Origin: an uncultured Alcaligenaceae bacterium
GTDB lineage: Bacteria > Planctomycetota > Planctomycetia > Gemmatales > Gemmataceae
Direction of reading: 5' to 3'
Assembly (NCBI GenBank): GCA_964453375.1
Contig: CAYVRB010000019.1
Location: 536-24,535, forward strand
Length of the DNA: 24,000 bases
Part shown: positions 1-8,540 of the stretch, piece after piece
Layout of the letters: every line of letters begins with the position of its first letter
Position numbering within the stretch: the stretch's first letter is position 1
The notes under the pieces: generated by a model
The model's database searches: none
What the model saw: only the letters and a program-made list of their open reading frames with translations
Told to the model about the DNA's origin: nothing
Translations under genes and position numbers: made by a program

Positions 1-735
1 GTCCGGCTTGTTGTACCGGCCGACGTAGGTGAGGACGTACTCCTTCGATTGCGAGGTCTTGCCGGTCGCCTGGCCGAGGCGGCCGGGCGAACCGATGACG
101 CTCTGCTCCGCGAGCGCCTTCATCACGTCCTCGGTGGACACCTTGTACCGCCGCATGGCGTCGGGATTCAGCCAGACCCGCATCGCGTAGGCCCGGTTGC
201 CGAGGTTGACCGGTCGGCCCATCCCCTGGATCCGCTTGATCCGCGGCATCACGTTGACGTTCGCGAAGTTGTAGAGGAACTTCTGATCCACCCCCTCGGC
301 CGTGCTGTAGATGTTCAGCTTCATCAACATGCTCGGCACGACCTGGCTGACCAGGATGCCCTCGCGCACCACCAGCGGCGGGAGCCGGTTGAGCATGATG
401 TTGACGCGGTTCTGGACGTTCACCACCGCGAGGTCGGGGTCGGTGCCCGGCTCGAAGAAGATGCGGATCGTGGCCTCGCCGGCGCTCGTCGCGTCGGACG
501 CGATGTAGCGCATCCCCTGCACGCCGTTGATGGATTGCTCCAACGGGATGAGCACGGAATCGACGAGCACGTTCGCGCTCGCGCCGGGATACGCGACCGC
601 GACTTCGACCGTCGGCGGCGTGATGTCCGGGAACTGCGACACCGGCAGCGTGAAGACGCCGAGCGCGCCGAGGAACAGCAGGAGGATCGAGAGGACGATC
701 GCCAGCGCGGGACGATGGAGGATCTTCGTGAACAT
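1..735 (-). CDS. RND efflux permease (AcrB/HAE1-type inner-membrane pump), N-terminal 245 codons; gene runs off the left edge
   Basis: Own translation of the minus strand from ATG 735..733 gives MFTKILHRPALAIVLSILLLFLGALGVFTLPVSQFPDITPPTVEVAVAYPGASANVLVDSVLIPLEQSINGVQGMRYI..., the canonical RND TM1 plus start of the first periplasmic loop. It is open to position 1 and starts 42 nt after the adaptor gene stop. It is absent from the ORF track because no stop lies in the window. Confidence 0.85.
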   Translation of the reverse strand, partial: MFTKILHRPALAIVLSILLLFLGALGVFTLPVSQFPDITPPTVEVAVAYPGASANVLVDSVLIPLEQSINGVQGMRYIASDATSAGEATIRIFFEPGTDPDLAVVNVQNRVNIMLNRLPPLVVREGILVSQVVPSMLMKLNIYSTAEGVDQKFLYNFANVNVMPRIKRIQGMGRPVNLGNRAYAMRVWLNPDAMRRYKVSTEDVMKALAEQSVIGSPGRLGQATGKTSQSKEYVLTYVGRYNKPD

Positions 736-777
736 GGGTCCGAGTGTCGCGAGGGTGGGGGCGGATCGACGGCGACG

Positions 778-1935
778 CTACTCGGCCCGGTGCTTCTGGT
801 GGGCCAGGACTTTGTCCACCTTCTCGAACTCGAATTCCACCGTTTCGCCATCGTGGACCTGGCGGACCCCCTCGAGGATCACCTTGTCCTTGACGGTCAG
901 GCCGCTCTTGACGACGAAGATGTCGTCGAGTTCGTTCTGCACGACGATCTCGCGCTGACGCGCGACGCGGTCCTCGCCCACGACGAAGACGTACCGCTTG
1001 TCGAGGATCTCGAAGGTCGTCCGCTGGGGAATGACGATGGCGCCGTGCAGCGTCTTGTGAATCAGGACGTTGCCGGTCTGGCCGTGGCGGAGCAGGCGCT
1101 TCGGGTTCGGAAAATCGGCCCGGAACGGGATGTTCCCGGTCTCGTTGTTGAACTTCGCCTCGATGGCGCCGATCGCGCCCGTTTCGGGAAACGTGCTTCC
1201 GTCCGCGAGGACCAGCTCGATGCGCCGCGTCTCGCCCGGCGATTCCTTGCCGTCGGTCTTCGGCGCGAGGAGCTTGTCCTGCCCCGCCTGGTATTCGAGG
1301 TAGCGGGCCTCGGGCACGTTGAAATACACCCACATCACGCTGTTGTCGGAGAGCGTGGTGAGCACGTCGCCCTCCTTGATGAGGCTTCCCTGCTGCACCT
1401 GGAGGCGATCGACGATGCCGTCGAACGGGGCGCGCACGGTGGTGAGGTTCAATTCGGCCTCGGCCAATTTGGCCCGGGCCTTGGCCTTCGACAGCCGCGC
1501 CTGCTGGAGCGCCAGTTCGTTCGGGGAAACGACGTTCTGCTTGACCAGCCGTTCGGTGTTGTTGAATTCGAGTTGCGCGAGTTCGACTTCGGCCAGTTCG
1601 GCGTCGAGCTTCGCCTGGTAGAGCGTCGGGAGGATCTTGTACATCACGTCCCCCTTCTTTACCGTCTGGCCTTCCTTCAGCGTGATCGCTTCGAGGAAGC
1701 CGTTGTCCATGGCGCAGACTTCGATGTGCCGCTGCGAGCGGATCTGGCAGACGTATTGCTGCGTGACGATCACATCCTGGACGCTGGGGCTGGTGGCGAC
1801 GATCTTGTGGTGTTCGTGGTGTTCGTGCGGTTCCTCGTGCGGGCTGCAAGCCGGCAACGTGAGACACAACAGCGCGGCGAGCGCGGAGGAGAGCGTTTTG
1901 GCGAATCGGGCGGGCGGGCTTGGCGAGTGGTACAT
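778..1935 (-). CDS. RND efflux periplasmic adaptor (membrane fusion protein, HlyD/AcrA family), lipoprotein
   Basis: Track ORF 778..1998. It has the MFP-typical coiled-coil hairpin (LDAELAEVELAQLEFNNTERLVKQNVVSPNELALQQARLSKAKARAKLAEAELNL) and beta-barrel regions. The likely start is Met22 (ATG 1935..1933), which gives a signal peptide and lipobox LTLPAC. The ATG at 1998 lies inside the predicted sigma-54 promoter. The gene lies directly upstream of the RND pump. Confidence 0.85.
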   Translation of the reverse strand: MYHSPSPPARFAKTLSSALAALLCLTLPACSPHEEPHEHHEHHKIVATSPSVQDVIVTQQYVCQIRSQRHIEVCAMDNGFLEAITLKEGQTVKKGDVMYKILPTLYQAKLDAELAEVELAQLEFNNTERLVKQNVVSPNELALQQARLSKAKARAKLAEAELNLTTVRAPFDGIVDRLQVQQGSLIKEGDVLTTLSDNSVMWVYFNVPEARYLEYQAGQDKLLAPKTDGKESPGETRRIELVLADGSTFPETGAIGAIEAKFNNETGNIPFRADFPNPKRLLRHGQTGNVLIHKTLHGAIVIPQRTTFEILDKRYVFVVGEDRVARQREIVVQNELDDIFVVKSGLTVKDKVILEGVRQVHDGETVEFEFEKVDKVLAHQKHRAE

Positions 1936-1994
1936 GACGGCCACGATGCAGGGGTATCGACGGCCCCGAGCGGTCGGGGGTCGCCTGTCGTCAC

Positions 1995-2009
1995 GCAACT
2001 CATGTGCCA
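1995..2009 (-). promoter_or_regulatory. sigma-54 (RpoN) -24/-12 promoter upstream of the RND efflux operon
   Basis: The minus strand 2009->1995 reads TGGCACatgagTTGC, an exact match to the TGGCAC-N5-TTGC core. It lies about 60 nt upstream of the adaptor ATG at 1935. Confidence 0.6.
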
Positions 2010-2109
2010 GCGTGGTCTACCGAACCGGAGATGCCCATCGAGTATGAATTGGTCGGTGAAAATCAGGCGAAACCCCGCGCGAGGGTGGTTCCGCGGCAGT
2101 CAGGCTGAT

Positions 2110-2297
2110 TCGCGGGGAGCCACATCGTATGGCAGGCCGGCCGCGATCCGGGACCGAAGCGCGGCGTCTATTCTTGGAGCGAGTTCCTCACGAGACACAC
2201 GGAGATCTTGTGGGCCAGCGATTTCCTCACCGTGAGAACGTGGACCACGCGCGGGATCATCGGGCTGATCCGGCACTTCCACCGCTCCGCGGCCTGA
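2110..2297 (+). pseudogene. rve (integrase-core) transposase remnant lacking the N-terminus and the DDE core
   Basis: The frame reads [59 protein letters not shown]. The intact-core copy reads [48 protein letters not shown][156 codons]-GLIRHYHRSAA*. An in-frame TGA lies just upstream at about 2105. Confidence 0.75.
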
Positions 2298-2503
2298 AGC
2301 CGATCAAGAGCGCGGGCGGATCGCACAATGTTCCGATCGATTGGTTCGCGTCGAAGGACCGTGCCGGTTCGCAATTCGTGCCGATTACGTAATCGCCTGT
2401 CCACTCAATGCTTCCGGATTTCGGGTTGCGCTCGTCATGAACGGAGTGCAATTTCGTCTGGAAATCGCAATCGAAATGACAGGACAAGGTTTTTCCAGGA
2501 CGG
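2110..2503 (+). mobile_element. Decayed copy of the rve-integrase IS also present at 17705..18891 (5'-truncated, internally deleted, with the conserved non-coding right end)
   Basis: Collinear nucleotide similarity to 18040..18190 plus 18659..18891. The roughly 200-nt tail after the stop aligns with one 11-nt indel. Both copies end ...CCAGGACGG (2495..2503 and 18883..18891), after which the flanks diverge. Confidence 0.7.
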
Positions 2504-2567
2504 GTGGCGATTTCGATGCGGACATCCATGGCTTATCGCTAGACCGCCATGGATCTCGATCGTGATC

Positions 2568-3284
2568 TTAACGCGAGGGTCGGATTGATCCAATTTTGAG
2601 AACTGGCCAGCCGCGGCCGGTCACGAGTTGGCCCGTGACGGTGACAGGCTCGCCGACGAACTCGAAGTGGTCTTCGCCGAGGGGCCGGCCGTGCGAGTCG
2701 GTGGCGAGATCATAGCGGACCCCGCCGTCGGTCTTCGACACGAACAGCGGGGGGATGCCGCCACGCAGGCAGAGGATCGCGCAGCCCTTGTGCGTCTTGC
2801 CGCCGCCGGGCTTCATCGCGCCGAGGTAGCACTTCGCATCGACGATCTCGCCCGCCAATGTCACGGGCGTGGCGACTTCTTCCATCGCGCGCTCGGCTTT
2901 CCAGTCGATGGCCTGCAAGGCGGCGTCGCCGTCGCCGAGTTCGAGCATCTTCCTGCCGTCACGCTCGATCAGCGTGCCGGTCGCACGAACGCCTTGACCG
3001 TCGAACGGCCGGAGCCGATCCTGCGCGCCGAACTTGCCGGCCTCCACGAGCAGAATCGTTTCGGTCGGCGTGCGGAGCATCGCGTAGGGTTCAGCGACGG
3101 CGATGCCGTCGAAGGAGACTTCGCGGGCGTCGTCCCAGCGGCCGGGGCCGGCGGGTCGCTGCGAGGAGGAGAGGCCGGCGGCGAGCGCGAGGCCGGCGAG
3201 GACGACGCCGACCGCGAGCGGCCGCAGGAACCGCGCGAGGGCGGGCGGCATCGGGAACCAGCCGATGTAGTGTGGATCGTTCAC
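2568..3284 (-). CDS. Hypothetical membrane-anchored/exported protein with a C-terminal Cys cluster (CYLGAMKPGGGKTHKGCAILC)
   Basis: Track ORF of 238 aa. Its GTG start overlaps the stop of the upstream gene (GTGA at 3284..3281). An alternative ATG at 3251 gives MPPALARFLRPLAVGVVLAGLALAAG, a signal or anchor sequence. No family was recognised. Confidence 0.6.
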   Translation of the reverse strand: MNDPHYIGWFPMPPALARFLRPLAVGVVLAGLALAAGLSSSQRPAGPGRWDDAREVSFDGIAVAEPYAMLRTPTETILLVEAGKFGAQDRLRPFDGQGVRATGTLIERDGRKMLELGDGDAALQAIDWKAERAMEEVATPVTLAGEIVDAKCYLGAMKPGGGKTHKGCAILCLRGGIPPLFVSKTDGGVRYDLATDSHGRPLGEDHFEFVGEPVTVTGQLVTGRGWPVLKIGSIRPSR

Positions 3285-4330
3285 GGTTTCGCTCCGGGAA
3301 GGCGGACGGGTGGGACGGGCGTGCCGGGGGGCAGCGGTTCCGGATTCAGGAAGACGCGGCGGCCCTCGAGCCGGAGGCGGAAGGTGGCGATCCGCTCGTG
3401 GAAGGGCGGCGGCGAGCAGCCGTCTTCGGGGCGGTATTCCCAGCCGTGCCAGGGGCAGCTGATGCAGCCGTCGACGATCTTGCCTTCGCCGAGGGGGCCG
3501 CGTTGGTGGGCGCAGACGTTGGTGACGGCGGAGAGACCGCCGGCGTGGCGGAAGATGGCGACGCGCTCGCCGCCCGGCGTCGCGATCACCTTGGCGCGGT
3601 CCATCGGGATGTCGTTTGCGTTCCCAACGTCGATCCAGGCGACGTCGAGCGCGACGCGCCGATCGCGGCTCCGTTCGCGCCGGCCGACGGCGAGGTGCAG
3701 CCCGGCGACGGTCGCGAAGCCGGCGACGAGGAGGATCGGGTAGATCGCCTGCGTCTCGGATTGCAGCGCCCCGAGCGCGACGTGGAGCACAATCAGCCCG
3801 TAGGCCGGGTACGCGAGCATGTGCAGCGATTTCCAGGCGCTCGGCCCGAGGGTCTTCTGCCAGAAGTCGTGGCTGGTCGCGGCCATCAGGAAGAGGATCG
3901 CGAGGGCGAGAAGCCCCAGGATTTCAAAGGGGAACGCCACGAGCGAGGAATAATTCGCGTTCGCGGTGAGCAGCGAGAGGATCGGGTTGACGAGTCCAAA
4001 TCCGTGGTAGTAGCCGAGGGCGACGGCGGCGTGGCCGAGCGCGAGGAGGAACGTGGCGACGCCGAGGTGCCGGCGGTTGTAGAGGACGGGCAGGAAGCGG
4101 CGGTCGAGCCGCGCGAGCGGGCCGATGGCGAGGGCGACGTGCAGGAGGACGAACGCCGCCGTGCCGAGGGCGCGCAAGAGCAGGATCGGGAAGCCGATGG
4201 CGTCTTCGTCGAACAGCAGGGTGCCGACGGCGAGGAAGACGGCGAGGTAGCCGGCGATGCCCGCGGCGAGGATCGCGTCGTAGACGCGCTTGTTGCGGTT
4301 CCACTTCACGGGCCGATACGTCACGCTCAT
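3281..4330 (-). CDS. Ferric-reductase-like transmembrane (di-heme b type) domain fused to a C-terminal Rieske [2Fe-2S] domain
   Basis: The N-terminal ~200 aa contain six hydrophobic helices with paired His residues (LLHVALAIGPL, RRHLGVATFLLALGHA, WKSLHMLAYPAYGLIVLHV). The C-terminus has the Rieske motif CAHQRGPLGEGKIVDGCISCPWHGW (CxH...CxxH). Confidence 0.85.
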   Translation of the reverse strand: MSVTYRPVKWNRNKRVYDAILAAGIAGYLAVFLAVGTLLFDEDAIGFPILLLRALGTAAFVLLHVALAIGPLARLDRRFLPVLYNRRHLGVATFLLALGHAAVALGYYHGFGLVNPILSLLTANANYSSLVAFPFEILGLLALAILFLMAATSHDFWQKTLGPSAWKSLHMLAYPAYGLIVLHVALGALQSETQAIYPILLVAGFATVAGLHLAVGRRERSRDRRVALDVAWIDVGNANDIPMDRAKVIATPGGERVAIFRHAGGLSAVTNVCAHQRGPLGEGKIVDGCISCPWHGWEYRPEDGCSPPPFHERIATFRLRLEGRRVFLNPEPLPPGTPVPPVRLPGAKP

Positions 4331-4419
4331 CGCGGCAACCCCCGCAGGAGAATCAGGACCACGACGGGAACGAGTGCGAACCAGAGTCGAAGGTGCCAGC
4401 GGCGGTGCGACGCGGTCAC
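4327..4419 (-). CDS. 30-aa single-TM micro-protein (not in the ORF track)
   Basis: Own translation gives GTG-ACC...: MTASHRRWHLRLWFALVPVVVLILLRGLPR*. The GTG overlaps the upstream stop (GTGA 4419..4416) and its TGA overlaps the downstream ATG (ATGA 4330..4327). 25 of 30 codons end in G/C, as in neighbouring genes. Confidence 0.4.
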   Translation of the reverse strand: MTASHRRWHLRLWFALVPVVVLILLRGLPR

Positions 4420-4622
4420 GGCGAACCTCCGATCCACTTGCGGGCGAGGACCGGCCAGAGCGCGATCGTGCCGGGCAGGATCGCGAGTCGGAAGGCGAGC
4501 GACGTTCCCCGCGCGGCCGGATCGAGGCGCGTCACGCCGCGAGCGAGGAACGGCCCGGCGAACAGCAGGCCGAGGAGCGCATAGCCTGCGATGATCGCGA
4601 GGATGGCTTCGGCGACGATCAT
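4416..4622 (-). CDS. Small (68 aa) two-helix membrane protein, function unknown
   Basis: Track ORF MIVAEAILAIIAGYALLGLLFAGPFLARG...LAILPGTIALWPVLARKW. The ATG lies 12 nt after the SDR stop and is preceded by GGAGGA. Confidence 0.6.
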   Translation of the reverse strand: MIVAEAILAIIAGYALLGLLFAGPFLARGVTRLDPAARGTSLAFRLAILPGTIALWPVLARKWIGGSP

Positions 4623-4634
4623 GGTGGATCCTCC

Positions 4635-5414
4635 TCAGTCCGGCGCGTAGACGGTGCGGCCGCCATCCACGGGTAGCAGCACGCCGGTGACGAAATCGTT
4701 GTCCAGGAACGACAGCACCGCCTGCGCGATGTTGTGCGGGCTGCCCTCGCGCTTCACGAGCGTGGCGCCGATCGCCTGGCGTTTCTCCTCCTCCGGCAGG
4801 TCCGGCGGCAGCATCACCGGGCCGGGCAGGATCGCGTTCACGCGCACGTTCGGATTTCGGCTCGCCAGCTCGACCGCGAGGCAGCGCGTGATGGCCGAGA
4901 CCGCCCCCTTGCTAGGGAAATACGCGGCGTAGTGCAGGTACGGCCGCACCTCCGCCCAGTCGCCGATGTTGACGATCAGCCCGCCTTCGGGTTGCTTCGC
5001 CATGGCGAGGCCGGCGTGCTGGCCGCAGAGGAACGTGCCGAGCGCGTTCGTGTCGAAGTGCATCCGCACGTCGTCGGCGGTGACGTCTTCGAGTTTCTTG
5101 GACTGCCAGACGGCGGCGCAGTTGACGAGCGTGTCGAGGCGTCCGAAGTCGCGGAGGACGGCGGCGACCATGGTGCGAACGGCCGTCTCGTCGGCGAGGT
5201 CGGCGCGGTACGCCCTCGCGTCGACGCCGTGCTTGCGAAGTTCGACGACGGTCTCCTCGGCCTCCGCGCCGGAGCTGCGGTAGTGGACGGCGATGGCATA
5301 GCCGCGCTGCGCGAGCGCCTCGGCCACGACCGACCCGACGCGCTTCTTGCCGCTGCCCGTCACGAGGGCGACGCGATTCGATGTCATGGTTCCTTCTCCG
5401 GGAGTGTGCGTCAT
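4635..5414 (-). CDS. Short-chain dehydrogenase/reductase (SDR), pteridine-reductase/FolM-like glycine motif
   Basis: It carries VALVTGSGKKRVG (TGxxxxxG with the KR typical of the pteridine reductase subgroup), NxAA (VNCAAV) and YxxxK (YFPSK). The likelier start is the ATG at 5387 (MTSNRVALVTG), preceded by GGAGAAGGA. Confidence 0.85.
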   Translation of the reverse strand: MTHTPGEGTMTSNRVALVTGSGKKRVGSVVAEALAQRGYAIAVHYRSSGAEAEETVVELRKHGVDARAYRADLADETAVRTMVAAVLRDFGRLDTLVNCAAVWQSKKLEDVTADDVRMHFDTNALGTFLCGQHAGLAMAKQPEGGLIVNIGDWAEVRPYLHYAAYFPSKGAVSAITRCLAVELASRNPNVRVNAILPGPVMLPPDLPEEEKRQAIGATLVKREGSPHNIAQAVLSFLDNDFVTGVLLPVDGGRTVYAPD

Positions 5415-5469
5415 AATCGTTGGTGGAGCATGTGTCGACTCCGTCGGTTCCTCTTCAGTCCGAAGGACT

Positions 5470-5663
5470 GGGAGTGCTTAGCCCAGGGCGAGCCGCTGCG
5501 GCGACGCCCTGGGAGACGGTGAATAACGCGAGGCAGTCCGAAGGACTGCGACAGATTCCGTTCCGTCGAACGTCTTTGTCTCAGCCTTTCAGGCTGGGCG
5601 TATTATGGCACCGCAACCCAGGGCGTCGTCGCCGAGCCTCCTCGCCCTGGGCTAAGCACTCCC
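5470..5663. repeat. Long inverted repeat enclosing a multi-hairpin core (MITE/REP-like element or structured RNA)
   Basis: 5470..5492 GGGAGTGCTTAGCCCAGGGCGAG is the perfect reverse complement of 5641..5663. A second perfect 12-bp pair is 5502..5513 CGACGCCCTGGG with 5617..5628. Internal hairpins lie at 5533..5549, 5559..5572 and 5582..5596. Confidence 0.7.
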
Positions 5664-5770
5664 GGGCCTTCGGCCTGAAGACCGAAGCAACCCGGGCCTT
5701 CGGCCTGAAGACCGAAGCAACCAGGCCTTCGGCCTGAAGACCGAAGCAACCAGGCCTTCGGCCTGAAGAC
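5661..5770. repeat. Tandem array, 3.7 copies of a 29-30 nt hairpin-forming unit
   Basis: The unit CCCGGGCCTTCGGCCTGAAGACCGAAGCAA occurs at 5661..5690 and 5691..5720 (identical). A copy at 5721..5749 has CCAGG at its 5' end (29 nt), and 5750..5770 is truncated. Each unit contains (C)AGGCC-TTC-GGCCT(G) and the competing CTTCGG-N8-CCGAAG stem. Confidence 0.9.
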
Positions 5771-5859
5771 AATTGATCTGAACAAATATCCCACACGTAT
5801 TTTGCGACGCGCACCCATTCTTCGCGATTGAAGGATTCGATGTCGAGGATGGGATTCGG

Positions 5860-6417
5860 TTACAGGCTCGCGGCGATCGGTTCCAGGATTTCCCGGAGGG
5901 CGTGGCGGGCGCGGTGCAGGCGCGTCTTGACGACGGACTCGGACGTGCCGAGTTTCGCCGCCGTCTCCGAGGTGTCCAACCCTTGCAGGTCGCGCAATTC
6001 GAGGATCGTGCGAAACGCCGACGGTAATCGTTCGAGGCTTTCGCGAACGCGGATCGCGGTCTCGCCCCGTTCGAGCGGTTCGGGTTCACACGGCGCGCTC
6101 CGGTCGCATCCCGCGTCGAGCGGCACGGTCCGGCGGCGGCGGTCGCTGCGCAGTTTCATCAGGCAGGCGTTCACGGCGATACGGTGCAGCCAGGTGCCGA
6201 GTCGGGCGGTCGCGTGGAACGTGCCGATCGCGCGGAAGGCCGCGAGGAACGTATCCTGCGCCGCGTCGGCGGCGCGGTCGGTATCGCCCAGATATTTGCG
6301 GGCGACGGCCATCACGGCCGGGACGTGCGCGCGGAAGAATTCGTCCTGGGCGGCGAGTTCGCCGGCGCGGAGCCGGGCGAGCAGTTCGACTTCCGAATCG
6401 AGTTCGAGGGCACACAT
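5860..6417 (-). CDS. ECF-type RNA polymerase sigma factor (sigma-70 family regions 2 and 4)
   Basis: Region 2 reads FFRAHVPAVMAVARKYLGDTDRAADAAQDTFLAAFRAIGTF...LGTWLHRIAVNACL. Region 4 reads ELRDLQGLDTSETAAKLGTSESVVKTRLHRARHALRE. The track starts at TTG 6459; ATG 6417 is preferred because the promoter-like element overlaps 6459. Confidence 0.85.
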   Translation of the reverse strand: MCALELDSEVELLARLRAGELAAQDEFFRAHVPAVMAVARKYLGDTDRAADAAQDTFLAAFRAIGTFHATARLGTWLHRIAVNACLMKLRSDRRRRTVPLDAGCDRSAPCEPEPLERGETAIRVRESLERLPSAFRTILELRDLQGLDTSETAAKLGTSESVVKTRLHRARHALREILEPIAASL

Positions 6418-6460
6418 GGTCGTCGGTTCCGGTGGGGTGAGGCGGATACTTCCCACCAAA

Positions 6461-6476
6461 GCGAGACCCGTGCCGG
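6461..6476 (-). promoter_or_regulatory. Candidate sigma-54 promoter upstream of the ECF sigma gene
   Basis: The minus strand 6476->6461 reads CGGCACGGGTCTCGCT, with correct GG-N10-GC spacing, GGCACG at -24 and TCGCT at -12 (consensus TGGCACG-N4-TTGCW, two deviations). It lies about 45 nt upstream of ATG 6417. Confidence 0.4.
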
Positions 6477-6573
6477 AGACGGCGATTTTCGCTCGATTCG
6501 ATGAATACCCTTAAAAAATAGGGGAATAGAGCGATGCACTCTGGAATCGGTTGCGAGGGAAGGCCACCGTCCC

Positions 6574-6592
6574 CCACGATATTTCGTGGCCG

Positions 6593-6608
<16 letters not shown>
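6574..6608. promoter_or_regulatory. Candidate enhancer (UAS) sites: palindrome CCACGA-TATT-TCGTGG plus a third TTCGTGG half-site
   Basis: The palindrome lies at 6574..6589, and TTCGTGG recurs at 6602..6608. They sit about 100-130 nt upstream (minus-strand sense) of the -24 element. An AT-rich tract (6501..6530) unusual for this sequence lies between them. Confidence 0.3.
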
Positions 6609-8491
<1,883 letters not shown>

Positions 8492-8540
8492 CGTACCTCC
8501 ATCGACTTCTCAATTCGAGGTCGAAACGGGGAGTCGACGC

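Noticed and set aside
49-2235. 728-aa plus-strand ORF spanning the RND and adaptor genes
   Set aside because: It is antisense to two genes with clear family sequence. Its product is low-complexity and R/D/E/A/G/H-rich, typical of shadow ORFs in high-G+C DNA.
2257-2529. Small ORFs in the conserved IS tail (2257..2529 and 18673..18897 minus; 2341..2565 and 18640..18882 plus) that look similar between the two copies
   Set aside because: The similarity is gap-free at the nucleotide level. The 36 mismatches I counted over ~104 aligned nt fall 10/12/14 across the three phases, so there is no codon periodicity. The tail is better read as a conserved non-coding IS end.
2858-4594. 578-aa plus-strand ORF (also 2628..3743)
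   Set aside because: It is an Arg/Ala/Gly-rich shadow frame opposite the Rieske-fusion operon, with no recognisable motifs.
5470-5663. Possible riboswitch (ZTP/pfl-like, given the CGCCCUGGGC-type segment and a downstream pteridine-reductase-like SDR)
   Set aside because: Only a short GCC(C)UGGGC resemblance is present. The rest of the conserved pfl core is not recognisable. The motif is also part of a perfect inverted repeat present on both strands.
5661-5770. Possible CRISPR array
   Set aside because: The units are directly abutting, with no spacers. There are only 3.7 copies, and no cas genes lie nearby.
8492-8540. Looked for a sigma-54 promoter for the DinB operon in the short divergent region next to the bEBP gene
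   Set aside because: No GG-N10-GC element with a TGGCAC-like or TTGC-like half is present between 8420 and 8540.
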